Shown in pieces: positions 55,246-64,000 of a stretch of 64,000 nucleotides of DNA. Every line of letters starts with the position of its first letter. The first letter of the stretch is position 1. The position numbers and the translations under genes were made by a program. The notes under the pieces were generated by a model. The model had not been told where the DNA came from and made no database searches. It saw only the letters and a program-made list of their open reading frames with translations. This stretch comes from a virus. Taxonomy: Duplodnaviria > Caudoviricetes. The DNA lies in IMG/VR virus record IMGVR_UViG_3300007512_001664, positions 64,001 to 128,000 of that record; one strand, given 5' to 3'.

Positions 55246-57422
55246 TATTTTATATTGGATAATGTGGGAGGTTTGCCGTAGTTTTGATTATCTGCTTGAT
55301 CAATGTGGTACTCATCACCAACCGTGTTCATCACCACAACCGGGCTTTGTGTTGCTCTGTTTTGTATTTGTTCGTGACGATCTAACCATTGTATAAGATC
55401 TTTTCTATTCGCATTTAAAAATTCTTGAAATATTCTTTGAGTATCGCCCTGTCTTTTTTGGAATTGAGCTGCTCCATAATCGGTCGAGAGCATTGTCTCT
55501 TTTTCTTGGTGGTGACGTGCCCAACCCTCAGCACCTACATGTTCCCTCAGAAATTCCGCTTGGCCTTGACCGTAAGCTCTAGCTAAGAGGAATTGGTTCC
55601 TGTCCGTCATGTAGGGTAGGTCAGATGCGTTAATAATACCTGCCTCGAACATTGCTTTTAACCTATTTCCTTTTATTTTATCGATGTCAGAGGACCTAGT
55701 ATAAGTTACACTTTTAATTCTATCTTGTCTTTCTGTTTTCACCTTGTCGCTCTCTTCGGCCTGTTTCATTTCCGCCCATGTCATTTCCTTTCCGTCATGT
55801 TTATATGCTTTAATAGTAGAAACCTCCTTAAGAGAGTCATCGATGGTTCTTAAATTTGTTAAGTTTTGTGTTAAAAGCTCCCCATTAGACATGTAACGTT
55901 TTTGACCGAATATTTGGTGCGAGGTAGGTGCAAATCCAGGGAACCCGTATGGGTAGTGAAGACCGTCATCATGTTTTTGTATAGTTTTTATTATCCTCAT
56001 CCGACTTTTATGGTACCTGTCATATGTATACCCAGCTACTGTCATTTGTCGGTTTTGAGCGACGTCGCTGGTTGGATCCATAAATTTAGACTCGTGCTTT
56101 TGTAAATCAGCATCAAATCCGAAGGCTCCTTGTAATATCGCTTCTGAACCTCTTTCGAGTGCCGCAGTAGGATTCAATAATACAAGACCGGCTTTTCCAA
56201 CAAGACCAGCATTATCAAATTCTTCTTTATATGATGAATACGCGTCTGGATCTGTCATGAGATCATGTGCATCTGATATTGTCATTCCTAATGTAATAAA
56301 TAGTCCAACAAGAGGTATTGCTCGAGCTCCCGTTTTTAATCCTATTTTACCGCCCATTTTGGTTGCGTTTTTTGCGAGGGTTTTATTAAATGCTTTGTTT
56401 TTCTTTCCGGGAACTCTCTTCGCTAGTTTACCAGTGTCCGCATCCTCAATACCTGTAATTTTACCGTTTGTAAAATGAAGTATACCAGCTTTTGTTATTT
56501 TAGTTCCATTATATCCTTTTAATCTCTGATATACATGAGCTGAACCTTCACCGACTCGCCGGTAATATCCACTCTTTCCCATTACTTGACCGAATGCACC
56601 TCCTACATATTGACCAGCACCTTTTGCAGCTCCCTTAATACCACGGCCCATACCACGGATCCGTTCCCGACCAAGTTTTGTTACTCCTAATCGTGTATAC
56701 TTAGCTAGACCGATTCCGCCGACACCGACAGCGGCTGTGGGTGCGAGTTTTCCTAACTCTCCAAAGACCCCAGTGCCTTCTCTACCCTCCCAGATTCCTC
56801 CAGGACCTCGAGGCCATCCGAGTTGACCGAGCCCACCTTCAGCATAATCACGACCTAAGTGCATTGCAAGTAATACAGGTACTGCAGTTGACAACCCCGC
56901 TACAGCTTTATACAACATTTGAGGAATTCCGAGCGCCGCTGCCCCTCCTCCATAAAGAAGAGACTTAAAGGGATTTTCAGACACCCATCCTAACATACCT
57001 TTATTAGATTTTTTTAATAAGGCTTCTAATTGACCTTTTGTGAGGGAGCTAGCTGGACCACTAACTGGAGCGCTAATACCTTTACCTTTAGTAGCTCCTG
57101 ACAGTCCAGGTCCGCCGCTAAGTTTCTTTAATTCCTGGAGTTGCTTTTTATTGAGGTCAACTAGGTCTGCGATGCCGCCTAATTTTGTATCTATACTCTT
57201 AAGGTGACCTTTTGTAGACTTACTAATAGAAGTATCTTTTAAGAGGAGTTTTGAAAGAGCGCTTTTTCCTCCAAATAATGTAATAAAGTCTTTGTTTAGT
57301 TTATCTATTGCCTCTTTCGTCTCTGAAGTATTAGTATCAACGTCACCAAGCCCAATAGATACATTTTCTAGAGCATCTGTTAGTTTATTTATTAGACTCG
57401 CACCTATAGATTCATTAGCCAT
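55245..57422 (-). CDS. tape-measure-like protein
   Basis: 725 aa, Gly/Ala-rich helical region with hydrophobic segments (GARAIPLVGLFITLG), located between the hub-assembly and baseplate genes. Confidence 0.6.
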   Translation of the reverse strand: MANESIGASLINKLTDALENVSIGLGDVDTNTSETKEAIDKLNKDFITLFGGKSALSKLLLKDTSISKSTKGHLKSIDTKLGGIADLVDLNKKQLQELKKLSGGPGLSGATKGKGISAPVSGPASSLTKGQLEALLKKSNKGMLGWVSENPFKSLLYGGGAAALGIPQMLYKAVAGLSTAVPVLLAMHLGRDYAEGGLGQLGWPRGPGGIWEGREGTGVFGELGKLAPTAAVGVGGIGLAKYTRLGVTKLGRERIRGMGRGIKGAAKGAGQYVGGAFGQVMGKSGYYRRVGEGSAHVYQRLKGYNGTKITKAGILHFTNGKITGIEDADTGKLAKRVPGKKNKAFNKTLAKNATKMGGKIGLKTGARAIPLVGLFITLGMTISDAHDLMTDPDAYSSYKEEFDNAGLVGKAGLVLLNPTAALERGSEAILQGAFGFDADLQKHESKFMDPTSDVAQNRQMTVAGYTYDRYHKSRMRIIKTIQKHDDGLHYPYGFPGFAPTSHQIFGQKRYMSNGELLTQNLTNLRTIDDSLKEVSTIKAYKHDGKEMTWAEMKQAEESDKVKTERQDRIKSVTYTRSSDIDKIKGNRLKAMFEAGIINASDLPYMTDRNQFLLARAYGQGQAEFLREHVGAEGWARHHQEKETMLSTDYGAAQFQKRQGDTQRIFQEFLNANRKDLIQWLDRHEQIQNRATQSPVVVMNTVGDEYHIDQADNQNYGKPPTLSNIK

Positions 57423-57445
57423 CTCTATAGATATTTAATTTAAAA

Positions 57446-58126
57446 TCAATAAAAAGAAGAGTAATCGGCTTCAAGTAATCGTATGTTAGTTACTTTTTCA
57501 AGCGTTTCAGATAGTGTTTTTGAAATAGTTCGAAGGTGTTCTATATCAAATAATAAAAATAATTCATATAATTCTTGTGTAGTTATATTATCAATAAGAT
57601 ATTCATGATTATCAATATCTATTGAATGTAGGAATCTAAAAACATCAAAAAAGATTATATCCATATCAGTGTTTTTGCTGTTACTATTTTCCAGTAAGAA
57701 CGTTAATATTGTATTCTCTTGTTGTAAGGTAGGTTGTTTAAATTTAATTTTAGGATGCATAGTACCTAAATTAAGTTTTAATTCTACATCATTTAATTTA
57801 TCTATACATTTTAAATCTTCTAATATATTAGAAGGTTTATCAGATGACTCTATATCGTTTTTCCAAAAATCTAGAAGAAATAATTTATCTCTATAAGTAA
57901 ACGTTCTTTCTGAATGTAGCTCGATTATGTGCTTGTTAATAAATTTAATATATTCAAGTACAAAAAGATTGTCTGTATTTTCCGACTCATTCGGAAGATT
58001 AGTAAAATGAGAATGTAATTTAGTTTGAAAATTTACATTTAATTTATTTAATGTTATTTCGTTACTATCTGGCAATATAACATTCGTTGTACATATATTT
58101 TTAAATTTATCTAATAGATCAGTCAT
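57446..58126 (-). CDS. baseplate hub assembly protein (gp26-like)
   Basis: IKFKQPTLQQE ... LHSIDIDN ... ELYELFLLF pattern; position. Confidence 0.5.
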   Translation of the reverse strand: MTDLLDKFKNICTTNVILPDSNEITLNKLNVNFQTKLHSHFTNLPNESENTDNLFVLEYIKFINKHIIELHSERTFTYRDKLFLLDFWKNDIESSDKPSNILEDLKCIDKLNDVELKLNLGTMHPKIKFKQPTLQQENTILTFLLENSNSKNTDMDIIFFDVFRFLHSIDIDNHEYLIDNITTQELYELFLLFDIEHLRTISKTLSETLEKVTNIRLLEADYSSFY

Positions 58127-58790
58127 CTTTATTAAGTTTTAAATTAATTACCTTTACATATGCATTTATTGAATTTATTGTAATATTATTAAAGTCTTGA
58201 TATGTAAAATTATATTGCTTCATAAGAAGTAGCTGTTGTTGTATTAAACTTTCATAGTCTTGAACGAAACATAAATATATTATATTTATAATTATATCTC
58301 TATGATATAGAAATCTACTATTGTAGTTTTTATTTACGTAATATACATACCCGTCATTTAATTTATCAATATACGTTTGTATGTATGGCATACTTTTTTT
58401 AACTAATGACAGGGGTATATGGTCGTAGTTGTTTGGATTAACGTCTAAAAATACATTTTGGTATTGAATTCTTTTAATACAGGAAGCAGGTAATGTTGAA
58501 TCTATTCGCGGGTAACCTATAGTAATTTTATAATTATCAATATGATAGATGTCTTCATTATCGTTAGGTAGGTTTTTGAGAAAGTCATCTTTATAAATTA
58601 TTAATTCCTTTTTATCTATATCTAATTTTACACAGTCATTAGTTTCTATAAATTTTTCTCTTTTACATTTATTTAAAAAATCTATAATATTTTTACTTGG
58701 AATTTTTTGTGTAATAAACGAAAATACTTTATCATATTGTTTATGTTTATAAAGTCTTGAAACTTCTAATACGTCATTATAACTTATCAT
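58119..58790 (-). CDS. baseplate hub assembly protein (gp26/gp51-like)
   Basis: ITIGYPR ... C-terminal YESLIQQQLLLMKQYNFTYQDF; position. Confidence 0.5.
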   Translation of the reverse strand: MISYNDVLEVSRLYKHKQYDKVFSFITQKIPSKNIIDFLNKCKREKFIETNDCVKLDIDKKELIIYKDDFLKNLPNDNEDIYHIDNYKITIGYPRIDSTLPASCIKRIQYQNVFLDVNPNNYDHIPLSLVKKSMPYIQTYIDKLNDGYVYYVNKNYNSRFLYHRDIIINIIYLCFVQDYESLIQQQLLLMKQYNFTYQDFNNITINSINAYVKVINLKLNKDD

Positions 58791-58796
58791 TTAATT

Positions 58797-60209
58797 CTAA
58801 TCACCACCTTCACCGCCTTTTTTCTTTTGTCGTTCTTGATATTGTTTTGTCCATTTATCTACTGTGACGGGATTGAAGGGTACTTCCACAGGAGGTATTG
58901 TAGATTTTTTAGAAGTAGCGCTCCCTTCACGCATATCTTTTCCTTTATCTTCTATTCTTTTCTTATTTCTCTGTATTGATTCATTAAACAATCTATTCGT
59001 TTCAGCAGCGGTACGTTCCGCGATTGCAATATCTTTTTGGCTTTTATACGATTGAAAATCTGGTTGCTTTTTCAATAAGTCGATAATAGCTTTATTATCC
59101 TTTTGATTTTGTATATTTTCACGAGCTTTTTGAATTCTTTCCTCTTGTTTTGGATCAACGAGAGGTTTTATCGGTCCACCTATAGGTGGTGCACCAAGGA
59201 AGGTACCTGTTGTATTTTGATCTGCAGTTGGATCTGGTTCCGGGAAGTTCGGTAACAACGGAGGTCGTTCAGGTAGAGGGTCATATTTCGGAAGACCAGT
59301 GGGGAATTGTTTTTTCTGGGCTTCTTCTAATGTTAAATCTTCATCACCAATCTTTTTATCACCAAGCTTTTTCCGTTCGGGTGGTGTTAATGGTAATTGC
59401 GGGGCTGGGTCTTCTGGTTTAATTATTGCCTCTTTTTGACCAAGATGTGGGAATTCATGTTCTGTTGGTTCCGGCATAAAATCTTCCATAATACCTTTTA
59501 CTAAGGTCGCGCCTCGTACTGGTATACGAACATCATATTTAGAGAACCTCCAACCTACTGCTATAGAACCTAATTTTGTATCACCGTCATATTCGGCGAC
59601 ATTAGCATCCTTTATTACATATGGTATACAATCTTTATATGTATAAATTTTAGTAATTAGTGGCTCATTATCATATGGATTGTCGTTTTGTTTTGATATA
59701 AAATATATAGATATATCTGTTGTTAACCGCTGATCTCCTAAGTTACCATATACACTATATAATTGAACCCACGATCTAAATAAACTATCTATAATACTTA
59801 CATTAGTTTCAGAAAATTGTATATCTAAATCATTATCAGGAAATTCTCTTGATTCCATAAAAGGACCAACTGGTAATAACCCGTTAATTAATGTACCTTT
59901 ATTATTTACAGATGTAGTTTCTGTAGTTAGATTAACACCTGTTGATAAAAACATCCAATTATTACCACCACCAAAAAACGGTTGGAATACTTGTTTAGTA
60001 GCTAAATCTAATCCAGTTGAGTGACCGGTACCTGGTCGTATACCTAAATTATCTACATTTAACTCTATAACAGTTCCTGGTAAGTCATGGATTTGTACAA
60101 GAAAGAAATTTTGTGCAGCAGGGAAAGTTGCAAACTCCTGTAACAGTTGATAGAACTTTTGTCTTAGATCTGTTACACCAGAACTTTGTAATTGAAGGCT
60201 CGTCGCCAT
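58797..60209 (-). CDS. tail-tube-fold protein (gp54-like) with long Pro/Lys-rich C-terminal extension
   Basis: LDIQFSETN ... DSLFRSWVQL ... YTYKDCIP ... IAVGWRFSKY, followed by a low-complexity tail. Confidence 0.6.
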   Translation of the reverse strand: MATSLQLQSSGVTDLRQKFYQLLQEFATFPAAQNFFLVQIHDLPGTVIELNVDNLGIRPGTGHSTGLDLATKQVFQPFFGGGNNWMFLSTGVNLTTETTSVNNKGTLINGLLPVGPFMESREFPDNDLDIQFSETNVSIIDSLFRSWVQLYSVYGNLGDQRLTTDISIYFISKQNDNPYDNEPLITKIYTYKDCIPYVIKDANVAEYDGDTKLGSIAVGWRFSKYDVRIPVRGATLVKGIMEDFMPEPTEHEFPHLGQKEAIIKPEDPAPQLPLTPPERKKLGDKKIGDEDLTLEEAQKKQFPTGLPKYDPLPERPPLLPNFPEPDPTADQNTTGTFLGAPPIGGPIKPLVDPKQEERIQKARENIQNQKDNKAIIDLLKKQPDFQSYKSQKDIAIAERTAAETNRLFNESIQRNKKRIEDKGKDMREGSATSKKSTIPPVEVPFNPVTVDKWTKQYQERQKKKGGEGGD

Positions 60210-60228
60210 ATGTAAATATTTAAGGCAA

Positions 60229-60819
60229 TTAACCTACTAAAGCACCGGCTAGTTTACCTATAGTATTTACAGTACCACGTATTGCAGCATCTCTCCTGAA
60301 GAATTGATAAGCCATAGCTATGGTAACTGTTGCAATTTCACCGTCACCTGCCATTGAATAACCAATTTCTCCACAATCAACCGGGAAAACACCGTGAAGC
60401 TTATATGTACGCATTGGTTCAAATTGAGTATTTAATTGAACTAATGTAATAGTACTATTATTATGAAGTACACCATCACCAGTAGTAGTTTCATCGTTAT
60501 AAGTTTCAGTTATCCAATTTTCCATTGCAATACGAGCATTAGTTGTCGCATCACAATAAAAGTCAATTGTATAAGAATCACTATTAGTATACGAAACAGT
60601 GCCTGGTACTTTAAACTCAAAACCATTATAAGGGACAGGTTTCGTGGCAATAGTTTTGCCTGGTAATACTGCTGTCGTAGCATATACTAGATCATTTTCA
60701 GTAAAAACAGGCACCCCCTTATTAGAAATATCTAATACACGAAATTGAAAGTCACGTGCGAAATCTCTTGTTTGCGCTACCTTATAAAAATCTTGAATTG
60801 TTTGTTTAATATCAGCCAT
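60229..60819 (-). CDS. gp19: tail tube protein
   Basis: TAVLPGKTI, FKVPGTVSY, ITLVQLN, YKLHGVFPVDCGEI, VTIAMAYQFF. Confidence 0.9.
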   Translation of the reverse strand: MADIKQTIQDFYKVAQTRDFARDFQFRVLDISNKGVPVFTENDLVYATTAVLPGKTIATKPVPYNGFEFKVPGTVSYTNSDSYTIDFYCDATTNARIAMENWITETYNDETTTGDGVLHNNSTITLVQLNTQFEPMRTYKLHGVFPVDCGEIGYSMAGDGEIATVTIAMAYQFFRRDAAIRGTVNTIGKLAGALVG

Positions 60820-60852
60820 GATGTTATAATTATTTAATGTTTACTTTAACTT

Positions 60853-63699
60853 TTATTGTCCAACTATCTCCTGAAAATTAACATCTGTGTTAACAGCGTA
60901 GAAGTTAACCAATATAAACTCTGCTGCTCGAACTGGCTTCAAATAGATATCTACTCTTAGCTCATTTTGATCAATAACACTAGCAGGGTTATTCCTGTCA
61001 TCACAAACAATAAGGTAATCATATACACCTTCTGTTTGTTTGCAGTTTTCAAACATAGGTGTTAATGTATTAACGACCTTGTTTCTTGTTAAGAACGTAT
61101 TAGGTTCAAAGATAAAGAATTTCAATGTCTCTCTTGTTCTTTTCTCTAAATCGAGGAACAATCGACGTACATTAATCCTATCAAATGCCGTAGGTGCTCG
61201 TTGTAATGTCTTTTGACCAAATATAACTATCCCTTCACCCGGGAACTGTGTAACAGGGTTAATTGCAATTTTATATAATTGATCTCGTTGACGTTGGGTC
61301 GGGCTTATTGCGATGTCAGATACACCAGTAACAACACCTCTATTAAACCCAGCTGGTGCATACCAAGGAGCAAACGCCGCATCGTTTTGTGCGTAAATCT
61401 TCGCAGCTACACCAGAGAACGGAATCCATACTTGAGCACCAGCTACAGAATCTTCTACTTTCGCCCAGTTGCCGTATGTTGTCGCAAAATTACTATTAGT
61501 AACACTAAATTGATGCCTCAAAGGCCAATATACGTGCTTACTAAAGTTCTTAGTTTTATCATCTAATACTTTTTGACCAGGTCCAGATCCTTGAACAACT
61601 AACGGGCGGAAGGCGTCAGCAATAAAGATATGATCTTTTCTTGTTTCACGTGCAAATGATTCAAATCTATTGAATACAGTTATATAATTATCCCTATAGG
61701 TTATTGCTGTACCGGCAGTGTTGTCTTTCATGTTAGGGTCTGGTGTATAGAATCCTGTACCTGCACTTGCATCACCAATATCTTTAAAAATAGTATCATC
61801 AAATGTTGATCCATTACCTATAGCATGAACTGTTCCTAATCCAGCTTCAATAGTAACGTCCATTTCAAACACATCAACGTTACTACCAATTTCAAACACT
61901 CTATCCAACTTATCTGGAATACTGCCAATATTTTTATTAGTTACATCATTAGTTGTACTACTATAAACACCTAACGGCCATAACCCTTGCTCTTTCGAAA
62001 AGTTAGCATGTGTCCTTAATCTCGTTGATATTGGTGCTGTTGCTATCGCAGGGTTGCCTGCTGAGTTGTTCGCGGCGCTAATTACACCCATAGCGGCTTG
62101 CAAGCAACCAGCATTTGTACTATTAGTATGAAGTGATCGTACGAATTTACTAGGTGCTCCTCCACTCGCTGTCCATGATCCACTCTTTGTACTAATATAC
62201 GGGTTTACTAAAACTTGAATATTAGGAGAACCAGATTCAACATTTTCAATGAAAAACGAGTTTTGTGGTCCACCGTTTTCGTTTTGAACCCTTCTAGAGG
62301 AATCTAATGAACCTGTATATCCTTCCGCTAAAAATTGAGTTAATTCAATTTCAGAATTTGAGAATGGAGTGTTTCTAATTTTAAAAATACCTAAATTAAT
62401 ACAGTCAATAAATTCAGGCCCTAGTTCCCATTTAGAGATATTTTCAAGAGATTTACTCACATTACTCTTTTCATCAGTTGCAGCGCCGGATAATGAAAAG
62501 TCATATCGGGATGTTGGAACAGTCGCAAAAGCAGCTGGAGTTTTATCTCCTGTTGATCCTGTAGTATAAATACGAGCACCAGCTGTATCATAAGGAGTGG
62601 ATGGGTTAGTACTAGAACTATCTGATATCGCAGCATAATAACCTTCAAAATTGTCGTTAGTATACGTAGCGCCTTTATTTAAAACAATAATACCTGCTTT
62701 ACCTAATTCAGTTGTATTACTAGTAAATGTATTATTAGTTCCTGCGGATAAGTTATTTGACCAAGTAATATTACCATCCTTTACTGCATTGAATTCGTCT
62801 TCGGTTAATTCAATTAAAGACGGATTACCAATAACATAATAATTAGACGAACTTAAAGATACTGTTGTACCGTTATCAGCAGCAAATGGCATATTACCAA
62901 AATTATGTGCGTCTTTACAAAACACCTCACCAGCCACTAATGTCGCACCTGTAGCAGTAAGAGCAGCAAATTCAGTAGCTCCCGACCAGGCAGAGGCAAC
63001 TGCAGTTAGGGTGGTAGAGAAAGAATCAGGTCCAGTGTTTGCACCGTTGCCTTTAGCGTCTCCTTTATGTCCAGATAACGCGGCATAAATGTTCGTGGTT
63101 GTAGATATATAATTTAAGTTATCGTTAGCGTCTTTTATGATTAATTCTACACCTAATTCTGAACCGGTGCCGCTGACGCCATATGAAAACCCTTGTGAAT
63201 TGTAGCCCGTTGGCGGCGCGGCCCAACCTGCGGAATCACCTGAAGGCGATCCTACTGTTGTACCATTGTGTTGTGCATTCGTGGAATCCCAGGCGGCGCT
63301 AGCCATACCAAATACAGATTTATTAACAGAGAGAGACCCGGTTGTAGAATTAAAGCCTGTAACTGTAGCTGTATTAAGCGCAGCGACTGGGTAAGCTAGA
63401 GCAGAGTACCTTCTCGCACCAGTACTGGTACCGTATGGTAAACGAGAACAAAAAACATTAGCATCACTGTTGAATACTTGGCGTGCTGAATGATAAAAAT
63501 ATCTCTCCGCGGCATTAGTTGGCTGGCCGTAAATTTCTTGAAATTCTGCGAATGTACCTACATTAAAAATCTCATCTGTTGGTCCCTGATCGGAGAATCC
63601 TGCAATAAATACACTTGTTCCTACTGCGGCAGCAGGTCGTTGTGTTAAATCGATTTCCCTTATTTCTACACCTGGTGATTGGATTGTTCGTCTACTCAT
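60853..63699 (-). CDS. gp18: contractile tail sheath protein
   Basis: IQSPGVEIREIDLT, PWYAPAGFNRG, RDQLYKIAINPV, IFGQKTL, FDRINVRRLF, YLKPVRAAEFI. Confidence 0.97.
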   Translation of the reverse strand: MSRRTIQSPGVEIREIDLTQRPAAAVGTSVFIAGFSDQGPTDEIFNVGTFAEFQEIYGQPTNAAERYFYHSARQVFNSDANVFCSRLPYGTSTGARRYSALAYPVAALNTATVTGFNSTTGSLSVNKSVFGMASAAWDSTNAQHNGTTVGSPSGDSAGWAAPPTGYNSQGFSYGVSGTGSELGVELIIKDANDNLNYISTTTNIYAALSGHKGDAKGNGANTGPDSFSTTLTAVASAWSGATEFAALTATGATLVAGEVFCKDAHNFGNMPFAADNGTTVSLSSSNYYVIGNPSLIELTEDEFNAVKDGNITWSNNLSAGTNNTFTSNTTELGKAGIIVLNKGATYTNDNFEGYYAAISDSSSTNPSTPYDTAGARIYTTGSTGDKTPAAFATVPTSRYDFSLSGAATDEKSNVSKSLENISKWELGPEFIDCINLGIFKIRNTPFSNSEIELTQFLAEGYTGSLDSSRRVQNENGGPQNSFFIENVESGSPNIQVLVNPYISTKSGSWTASGGAPSKFVRSLHTNSTNAGCLQAAMGVISAANNSAGNPAIATAPISTRLRTHANFSKEQGLWPLGVYSSTTNDVTNKNIGSIPDKLDRVFEIGSNVDVFEMDVTIEAGLGTVHAIGNGSTFDDTIFKDIGDASAGTGFYTPDPNMKDNTAGTAITYRDNYITVFNRFESFARETRKDHIFIADAFRPLVVQGSGPGQKVLDDKTKNFSKHVYWPLRHQFSVTNSNFATTYGNWAKVEDSVAGAQVWIPFSGVAAKIYAQNDAAFAPWYAPAGFNRGVVTGVSDIAISPTQRQRDQLYKIAINPVTQFPGEGIVIFGQKTLQRAPTAFDRINVRRLFLDLEKRTRETLKFFIFEPNTFLTRNKVVNTLTPMFENCKQTEGVYDYLIVCDDRNNPASVIDQNELRVDIYLKPVRAAEFILVNFYAVNTDVNFQEIVGQ

Positions 63700-63717
63700 A
63701 GTAAAAACCTTTACAAT

Positions 63718-63723
63718 TATTTA
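63718..63723 (-). promoter_or_regulatory. late promoter for tail sheath
   Basis: ATAAATAATT on the minus strand upstream of the sheath ATG. Confidence 0.7.
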
Positions 63724-63782
63724 TTGTTTCCTGTGAACATATTTTAGTTGATTTGGCGAAATAAGCAGTATAATATAAATAT

Positions 63783-64000
63783 ATGAAGGGCATCATTTTA
63801 GCTGGCGGGACTGGATCGAGAGTATATCCTAGTACAAAAACAGTTTCAAAACAGCTTTTACCTATTTACGATAAGCCTACAATTTATTATCCTCTATCAA
63901 CTTTAATAAAATTAGGTATTAAAGATGTGATGATTATCACTAATGGTATATCATATCCTCATTTATTAAGTATGTTTAATCAAGGAGATGGTAAGAGTAA
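63783..64000 (+). CDS. rfbA: glucose-1-phosphate thymidylyltransferase (RmlA/RfbA), partial, not in ORF track
   Basis: [52 protein letters not shown]. Confidence 0.92.
   Translation, partial: MKGIILAGGTGSRVYPSTKTVSKQLLPIYDKPTIYYPLSTLIKLGIKDVMIITNGISYPHLLSMFNQGDGKS

Noticed and set aside
31813-63699. Plus-strand ORFs inside the structural genes (e.g. 34160, 35578, 37261, 38787, 40926, 45883, 47638, 55902, 61279, 62369)
   Set aside because: These are antisense shadows of long, motif-bearing minus-strand genes and have no recognisable motifs.
60853-63699. Intein or intron in the 948-aa sheath gene
   Set aside because: The extra length is a Gly/Ser/Thr-rich insertion domain with no intein splice motifs (C/S start, HN end) and no frame break.
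1-64000. Stop-codon reassignment (alternative genetic code)
   Set aside because: Core genes (sheath, gp6, clamp loader, dUTPase) are full length in the standard code, and gene packing is tight.

Overview
This window is part of a large, AT-rich T4-like (myovirus) phage genome, most likely infecting a PVC-superphylum host. The two DUF1559 pilin-like genes point to Verrucomicrobiota. From about 31.8 to 63.7 kb, mostly on the minus strand, lies the tail module: sheath, tube, baseplate gp6/gp25/gp53-like genes, a tape-measure-like gene, and very large lectin/PKD virion proteins. It is interrupted by a clamp loader, a dUTPase, a methyltransferase and a probable small terminase, and the window ends in a partial rmlA. 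From about 2 to 31.8 kb, mostly on the plus strand, is an accessory region of small early genes behind sigma70 promoters and late genes behind TAAATA promoters. The strongest unexplained signal is a late 'cargo island' at about 12-23 kb. There, otherwise unrelated proteins share one of two short N-terminal leaders: a T4 capsid-targeting-like M-x-(T/S)-F-K-x-F...E, or a tandemly reused M(K/R)DKDA(Q/H)L(M/I)(M/W)E cassette conserved at DNA level. Some leader motifs are internal, two proteins carry twin-arginine motifs, and modules are visibly swapped between genes. Also notable are two tandem phage-borne DUF1559 pilin-like genes, a PAS protein, bS21, an unannotated ArfA-like micro-ORF, and a tRNA-Cys with a non-canonical D/T-loop core. 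All family assignments come from motif recognition by eye; no database search was run.
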